Source: Patescibacteria group bacterium
GTDB lineage: Bacteria; Patescibacteriota; Patescibacteriia; 2-01-FULL-39-33
Direction of reading: 5' to 3'
Length of the DNA stretch: 32,000 nt
NCBI GenBank assembly: GCA_041649575.1
Contig: JBAZMW010000005.1
Span: 60,001-92,000, forward strand
Made by a program: the position numbers and the translations under genes. A model generated the notes under the pieces. The model did no database searches, was not told the DNA's origin, and worked only from the letters and a program-made list of their open reading frames with translations. Of this stretch, positions 25,941 through 32,000 are shown one piece after another. Position 1 is the stretch's first letter. Every line of letters starts with the position of its first letter.

Positions 25941-27326
25941 ATGTTGGTAATAAAGAAAATTATAAGGATGAAAACACTGTTAAAAAAAATAATTCCCAAA
26001 AATTTACTAAACCAATATTATAGAATGTTGGCGCTTTTTGCTAATTATTTTTACTTAAAACCAGCGGAGAAGATGGTGGTTATTGGTGTCACTGGCACCA
26101 ATGGCAAATCCACCACCTGCCTGCTAATAGCCAAAATCTTAGAAGAGGCTGGCTATAAGGCAGGAATCACCTCCACCGCGATTTTTAAAGTGGCCGACCA
26201 GGAATGGCTCAATGATATTAAAATGACTATGCCGGGCCGTTTGGCTTTGCAAAAAATGTTAAAGAGAATGCTAAAAGCCGGCTGCAGGTATGCGGTGGTC
26301 GAGACCTCGTCAGAAGGGATCAAACAGTTCAGGCATTTGGGAATCCATTATGATCTCGGCGTTTTTACCAACCTAACCCCAGAGCACATAGAGTCGCACG
26401 GCGGTTTTGCCAACTATAAAAAAGCCAAATTAAAATTATTTGAGCATTTAGAGAAGCAGCCGAACAAAATCATAGCAAACAAAAAAATTAAAGAGGTAAT
26501 CGTGGCCAATGGCGATGATGAGCACGTCAAGGACTTTCTAAATTTTAAAGTTGATGAAAAATATGTTTATCAAGTTCAAGGTTCAGAAGCGGAAATCTCG
26601 GACAAATTTAGGACTGAAAATTTAGAACTGAAAATTCTCAAAGCCGAAGAAGTTAGGTTTTTGAATCAAGGAATTTATTTTAGGCTGGAAAACATAGAAT
26701 TTAATTTGAAATTGTTTGGGCGGTTTAATGTTTATAATGCCTTGGCGGCGATAGCGGTGGCGTTGTCGCAAGGCGTGCCGCTAACAATTTGTAAGGCGGC
26801 TCTGGAAAAGGTGGAGGTGATGCCCGGCCGGATGGAATTCATAAACGAAGGTCAGGATTTTAAATTTTTGGTTGATTACGCGCCCGAACCGGAGAGTATG
26901 AAGCAACTTTATCAGGCTATAGACGATTATAACATCAGGGCCGGAGGTAGAATTATACATATTTTTGGTTCTTGTGGCGGCGGGCGGGATAAGGCGCGTC
27001 GGCCGATTTTGGGACAGATGGTGGCGCAGAGGGCGGATTTTTTGATTATAACCAACGAAGATCCTTATGACGACAGTCCCCAACTGATCATTGATCAGGT
27101 GGCTCAAGGGGCGCAAAGCGAAGGAAAAGTAGTAGGAGAAAATTTATTTAAAATTTTAGATCGGCGTGAAGCCATAAAATTTGCTTTAAATTTAGCCAAG
27201 AAAAATGATTTAATAATACTTACCGGAAAGGCCTGTGAGCAAGCAATCTGCGTGGCTAATGGTCAAAAAATTCCCTGGGACGATCGAAAAGTGGCCAGAG
27301 GAGAATTAAAAATGATTAAAAAATAA
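25941..27326 (+). CDS. MurE-like Mur ligase (UDP-N-acetylmuramyl peptide synthase family); probable start ATG 25968
   Basis: VIGVTGTNGKSTTCLLIAKIL, TSSEGIKQFRH, TNLTPEHIESHGGF, GRFNVYNALAAIAVA, GSCGGGRDKARRPILGQ, TNEDPYDD. Confidence 0.85.
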   Translation: MLVIKKIIRMKTLLKKIIPKNLLNQYYRMLALFANYFYLKPAEKMVVIGVTGTNGKSTTCLLIAKILEEAGYKAGITSTAIFKVADQEWLNDIKMTMPGRLALQKMLKRMLKAGCRYAVVETSSEGIKQFRHLGIHYDLGVFTNLTPEHIESHGGFANYKKAKLKLFEHLEKQPNKIIANKKIKEVIVANGDDEHVKDFLNFKVDEKYVYQVQGSEAEISDKFRTENLELKILKAEEVRFLNQGIYFRLENIEFNLKLFGRFNVYNALAAIAVALSQGVPLTICKAALEKVEVMPGRMEFINEGQDFKFLVDYAPEPESMKQLYQAIDDYNIRAGGRIIHIFGSCGGGRDKARRPILGQMVAQRADFLIITNEDPYDDSPQLIIDQVAQGAQSEGKVVGENLFKILDRREAIKFALNLAKKNDLIILTGKACEQAICVANGQKIPWDDRKVARGELKMIKK

Positions 27327-27478
27327 GGAATTTTTTAATAACTGTGGATAACTTGGGTAAATTATTTTTTAATATAAAGGCATTTTTTGATTTTAATTGT
27401 TAATTTTTATCAATTTTTATCTAAATTTAGATAAAAAATAAATTAATTTGACTTTTTTATTTTTTTTACTTAAAACCG

Positions 27479-27508
27479 TTGACTTTTTAAGGTCGTTTCT
27501 GTTAATAT
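27479..27508 (+). promoter_or_regulatory. Candidate rpoB promoter
   Basis: TTGACT (27479-27484), 17-nt spacer, TTAATA(T) at 27502. Confidence 0.5.
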
Positions 27509-27705
27509 AAAGTTAATGGTTTTTTAGTTCGATTTTTTCTAAAAATCACTCTAACAAACCCTACTATTAGAAGTCATTGGGTTAATAACCTTCAGAAATA
27601 GTGGGTAAAAGCAAAAAACAAACCTAAATTCACATCTGACTCATTTCTAGTTTAATCAAAATCCGGCCGGGAACCGGAAAAAAACGAAAGAAATGAGGAT
27701 TTTTT

Positions 27706-30700
27706 ATGTCTCAACAAAACCAGGACAATAAAAAAGTCATTAATGGCCGGGTTAGTTTTTCTGGCCAAGATTCTTGGCAGCAACCGCCAGATCTTATAGA
27801 ATTGCAAAAAAAGTCTTACAAACTTTTTTGGCAGGAAGGATTGAACGAGTTGTTTGAGGAAGTCTCTCCGATTACGGATTTTATTGGCCGTGACCTGGAA
27901 CTCTATTTTGGTAATTACTTTTTGGACGAAGCCAAATTTGACGAAGCTACTTCCAAGGAAAAGAATATTTCTTTTGAAGCGCCGCTAAGAGTCAACGCCA
28001 AGCTGGTCAATAAAAAAACAGGCCAGACAATGGAGCAGGAAGTTTTCTTGGGCGATTTTCCGCTAATGACCGAAAGGGGAACTTTCATTATTAATGGTAT
28101 TGAGAGAGTAGTGGTGTCGCAACTAATCCGCTCGGCCGGAGTTTTTTTTACGGCTCAAAAATGGGGTGACCGTAATTTTTATGGCGCTAAAATCATTCCC
28201 AACCGAGGCTCCTGGCTGGAGTTTGAAACAGATTCCAATGGAGTGGTTTGGGTAAAAATCGATCGCAAAAGAAAAGTAGCCGCCACCGCCCTGTTAAGAG
28301 CCTTTGGTTTTTCTAGCGATGAAGAGATAACGAATTTATTTAAAGAGACGACGGATAAGTTTGAAATTAACAATATCGAAGCCACCTTAAGAAAAGATTC
28401 TTCCAAAAACGAGGTTGACGGTCTGATAGAGGTTTATAAACGCATTCGGCCTGGTGATTTGGCGACTGCCGATAACGCCAAGCAGCTGATTGACAATATG
28501 TTTTTTAATTTTGCTCGCTATGATTTTGGCAGCATTGGCCGTTACAAAATGAACCAACGTTTTGTTCAGAAGTTGGCAATCAATAAAGAAAACAGAGTTT
28601 TATTGAAGGACGACATTATTAATATTTTGAAAGAAATCGTCCGTCTGAACAACACCCAAGAGGGGCCGGACGACATCGATCATTTGGGTAATCGCCGGGT
28701 GCGCGCCGTGGGCGAATTGATTCAAAATAAATTTCGAATCGGTTTGATCAGGATGGAACGCATCGTCAAAGATCGGATGAGCACCCTAGACATTAATACC
28801 TTGACGCCCAACAAGCTGATTAACGCTCGGCCGGTTATCAGCGCGGTAAAAGAATTTTTTATGTCCAGCCAATTGTCGCAATTTATGGATCAGGTCAATC
28901 CTTTGGCTGAACTGGAGCACAAAAGAAGGTTGTCAGCCATGGGTCCGGGTGGCTTGTCCAGAGAACGGGCCAGTTTTGAAGTTCGTGACGTGCACCAAAC
29001 TCATTATGGTCGCATTTGTCCGATTGCCACTCCGGAAGGCCCGAATATCGGTTTGGTGGGGCATTTATCAACTTTTGCTCGGGTCAACAATTACGGTTTT
29101 ATTGAGACGCCCTATTATAAAACGGAAAAGGATCAAGCTGGCCGGCCGCGAGTCACCAAAGAGCTGGTTTATATCGACGCTATCGAAGAAAGCCGTTCTA
29201 CTACCACTCCTTCAACCACCAAAATTGATAAAGACGGGTATTTTTTGGAAGAAAAAACGGAGGCCAGAGTTAGGCTTAACCCGACTATCACCAATGTTAA
29301 AAACATTGATTATATGGACGTGGCCTCCAATCAGATTGTCTCGGTGGCGACATCCTTGATTCCTTTTTTGGAGCATGACGACGCGGTGAGAGCGCTGATG
29401 GGAACGAACATGCAACGCCAGGCGGTTTCTTGCATCAGGCCACAGGCGCCGCTAGTGGGCACGGGCATCGAGGCCAAGGCCGCTTATGATTCTGGTCATT
29501 TGATTATTGCCGAAGAGGCGGGCGAAGTGATAGATATTAGCGGCGATAAAATCGAGGTTCTGAACAAAAATAATCACATTAATTCTTATCGTTTGAATAA
29601 GTTTGTCCGTTCCAACGCCACCACCTGCATCAATCAAAAGCCGCTAGTGGAAAAGGGACAGAAGGTTAAAAAGGGCGAGATTCTGGCTGACGGACCGTCT
29701 ATTGATCATGGCGAACTGGCTTTGGGCCAAAATATTCTGGTGGCCTTCATGCCTTGGCAAGGCTATAACTACGAAGACGCGATTATTATCTCTGAACGTT
29801 TAATCCAGCAAGATCGTTACTCTTCGATTCATATAGAAAATTATGTTTGCGAAGTGCGGGAAACCAAACTGGGTCCGGAAGTGGTCACTTCCGACATACC
29901 AAACGTTTCGGAAGAAAAATTAAAAGATTTGGATGAAGAGGGAATTGTGCGAATCGGCGCCAATGTGAGAAGCGGCGATATTTTGGTCGGCAAAATCACA
30001 CCCAAAGGCGAAACGGAATTATCGGCGGAAGAAAAGCTACTGCGGGCAATTTTCGGAGAAAAAGCCAGAGACGTCCGTGATTCTTCTCTGTATCTCGAGC
30101 ACGGGTCTTCGGGCAAGGTGATTGATATCAAGATTTTTTCCAGAGAGAATGGCGATAAATTGTCGGCTGGCATGATTAAGATGGTCCAGGTGACGGTGGC
30201 TTCTTTACGCAAGGTTCAGGTGGGCGACAAAATGGCCGGCCGTCATGGCAATAAGGGAGTTATTTCCAAAGTGGTGCCGGTGGAAGACCTGCCTTATTTG
30301 GAAGATGGCCGGCCGGTGGATATCATTCTTTCTCCTTTAGGCGTTGTTTCGCGTATGAATCTGGGACAAATTTTGGAAACCCACATGGGTCTGGCCGCCA
30401 AAGCCCTGGGTTACAAAGTGATGACGCCGGTTTTCAACGGAATTAGCGAAGAGACGATAAGAGACGAACTAGAACTGGCCGGCTTTAGTCGCGATGGCCG
30501 GATTCAGCTCTATGACGGCCGAACCGGAGAGCCTTTCGATAAAAAAACCACGGTGGGTTATATTTATATGATGAAATTAAATCATCTGGTGGAAGATAAA
30601 ATCCACCAGCGATCTATTGGCCCTTATTCTTTGATTACTCAGCAGCCTTTGGGCGGCAAGGCGCAGTTTGGCGGCCAGAGATTTGGCGAGATGGAAGTCT

Positions 30701-30978
30701 GGGCCCTGGAAGGTTATGGCGCGGCTCATACTTTGCAAGAAATTTTAACCATCAAATCCGACGACGTGGTCGGCCGCTCCAAAACCTATGAAGCCATCAT
30801 CAAAGGCGAGCCGATAGATAATTTGAATATCCCAGAGAGTTTCAACGTTTTGGTCAGGGAGTTGAAAGGATTGTGCCTGAACGTGGATTTGCTCGGTGGC
30901 GGCAAAGTACAGCCCGAACCATCGGTGGAAGAAGAAATTGAGGCGGAAGAGATGCCCAAAAAAAGAAAAAATAAATAA
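27706..30978 (+). CDS. rpoB: DNA-directed RNA polymerase subunit beta
   Basis: [80 protein letters not shown]. Confidence 0.98.
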   Translation: MSQQNQDNKKVINGRVSFSGQDSWQQPPDLIELQKKSYKLFWQEGLNELFEEVSPITDFIGRDLELYFGNYFLDEAKFDEATSKEKNISFEAPLRVNAKLVNKKTGQTMEQEVFLGDFPLMTERGTFIINGIERVVVSQLIRSAGVFFTAQKWGDRNFYGAKIIPNRGSWLEFETDSNGVVWVKIDRKRKVAATALLRAFGFSSDEEITNLFKETTDKFEINNIEATLRKDSSKNEVDGLIEVYKRIRPGDLATADNAKQLIDNMFFNFARYDFGSIGRYKMNQRFVQKLAINKENRVLLKDDIINILKEIVRLNNTQEGPDDIDHLGNRRVRAVGELIQNKFRIGLIRMERIVKDRMSTLDINTLTPNKLINARPVISAVKEFFMSSQLSQFMDQVNPLAELEHKRRLSAMGPGGLSRERASFEVRDVHQTHYGRICPIATPEGPNIGLVGHLSTFARVNNYGFIETPYYKTEKDQAGRPRVTKELVYIDAIEESRSTTTPSTTKIDKDGYFLEEKTEARVRLNPTITNVKNIDYMDVASNQIVSVATSLIPFLEHDDAVRALMGTNMQRQAVSCIRPQAPLVGTGIEAKAAYDSGHLIIAEEAGEVIDISGDKIEVLNKNNHINSYRLNKFVRSNATTCINQKPLVEKGQKVKKGEILADGPSIDHGELALGQNILVAFMPWQGYNYEDAIIISERLIQQDRYSSIHIENYVCEVRETKLGPEVVTSDIPNVSEEKLKDLDEEGIVRIGANVRSGDILVGKITPKGETELSAEEKLLRAIFGEKARDVRDSSLYLEHGSSGKVIDIKIFSRENGDKLSAGMIKMVQVTVASLRKVQVGDKMAGRHGNKGVISKVVPVEDLPYLEDGRPVDIILSPLGVVSRMNLGQILETHMGLAAKALGYKVMTPVFNGISEETIRDELELAGFSRDGRIQLYDGRTGEPFDKKTTVGYIYMMKLNHLVEDKIHQRSIGPYSLITQQPLGGKAQFGGQRFGEMEVWALEGYGAAHTLQEILTIKSDDVVGRSKTYEAIIKGEPIDNLNIPESFNVLVRELKGLCLNVDLLGGGKVQPEPSVEEEIEAEEMPKKRKNK

Positions 30979-31004
30979 TCGTTTTAATTTTTTCAGCAAA
31001 GCCT

Positions 31005-32000
31005 ATGATTACCAGTCAGGATCCCAATTTAGACTTTGAGGCCATCAAGCTTAGGCTGGCTTCTTCAAATGATATAAAAGCCTGGTCTCATGGCGAAGTG
31101 ACTCGGCCGGAAACCATTAATTACCGCACCCAAAAACCGGAGCGGGATGGTTTGTTTTGTGAGAGAATTTTTGGTCCGGTCAAGGATTGGGAATGTTATT
31201 GCGGTAAATACAAAAAAATTCGCTATAAGGGGATTGTTTGCGATAAGTGCGGCGTGGAAGTGACAAAAGCCATTGTTCGCCGGGAGCGCATGGGTCATAT
31301 TGAACTGGCGTCGCCGGTTTCTCATATTTGGTTTTTGCGGGGCGTGCCTTCTCGCATCGGCTTAGCTTTGGATTTATCGGTTCAGTCTCTGGAAAAGGTT
31401 GTTTATTTCGCCAGCTTTATTATTACTTCCGTCAACGAGGAGTTAAAGGCGGAGACGCTGGGTCAAATCAAGGCTGAGTATAAACAATATCGTAAACAAA
31501 TTGAAAATGAATCGGAAAGAAAGGTGGAACAACTGAAAAAAATTGGCGAAACCAAGGCGGGTGTTCTAGAAAAAGAAACGGAGAAAATATTTGTCCAAAA
31601 AGAGGACAAATTAAAAGAGCTGGAAAATACCATGATAGTGGCGGAAAACGAATTGAAAGACTTGAAACCCTTGAAAATTATTTCGGAACACGCTTTTCAC
31701 GATTTGTCTTTGAAATATGGTCATATTTTTGAGGCCGATACCGGCGGCGAAGCGGTGCGCCGGCTGCTGTCGAAAATCAATCTGGAAGAAACTGTAAAAA
31801 AACTGGAAATAGAAACCGTTAAGGCGACGGGAGTCAAAAGAGGCAAGTTGATTAGGCGGGCTAAATTTTTTAACCAGCTTATCAAAAATGGAATTCGTCC
31901 CGAATGGATGATTTTAACTACCATCCCCGTTATTCCTCCGGATTTACGGCCGATGGTGCCTTTGGACGGCGGTCGTTTTGCCACCTCTGATTTGAATGAT
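31005..32000 (+). CDS. rpoC: DNA-directed RNA polymerase subunit beta' (5' part; runs off the window)
   Basis: ATG 31005: [86 protein letters not shown]... with a zinc motif. No stop before 32000, so it is absent from the ORF track. Confidence 0.97.
   Translation, partial: MITSQDPNLDFEAIKLRLASSNDIKAWSHGEVTRPETINYRTQKPERDGLFCERIFGPVKDWECYCGKYKKIRYKGIVCDKCGVEVTKAIVRRERMGHIELASPVSHIWFLRGVPSRIGLALDLSVQSLEKVVYFASFIITSVNEELKAETLGQIKAEYKQYRKQIENESERKVEQLKKIGETKAGVLEKETEKIFVQKEDKLKELENTMIVAENELKDLKPLKIISEHAFHDLSLKYGHIFEADTGGEAVRRLLSKINLEETVKKLEIETVKATGVKRGKLIRRAKFFNQLIKNGIRPEWMILTTIPVIPPDLRPMVPLDGGRFATSDLND

Overview
This window has the gene content of a reduced bacterial genome, possibly CPR/Patescibacteria-like; that lineage is inference only. 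Housekeeping genes: hisS with an adjacent tRNA-His, thrS, argS, ileS, ruvA, typA/bipA, a Mur ligase, rpoB and the start of rpoC. Accessory genes: a sensor kinase, an HTH-MNT/HEPN pair, a class II glutamine amidotransferase, a PRTase-like protein, a LOG-like protein, a GNAT and a DedA protein. The strongest candidate for an undescribed system is 10.6-16.2 kb. A small protein with a RAMP/Cas7-like glycine-rich C-terminal signature is followed by a long non-coding array, then a DinG/XPD-type helicase with four candidate Fe-S cysteines, then a second block of the same array. I count 22 same-strand copies of a hairpin of consensus GGCGRRRR...YYYYCGCC. About ten are capped by different GNRA tetraloops, and stem changes are compensatory, which points to selected RNA structure. 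Each copy sits 3' of a GC-rich, diverged, self-complementary domain of about 50-75 nt, and some carry an extra AT-rich CTAATCAAT...ATTGATTAG cassette of about 40 bp. A 55-aa His/Lys/Arg-rich ORF lies inside the array. Other notable points: an IleRS with an apparently intact histidine-phosphatase domain inserted; in-frame palindromic insertions in the same ileS; an attenuator-like leader before a GNAT gene; and a 42-aa ORF with promoter, SD and terminator that is missing from the ORF track.
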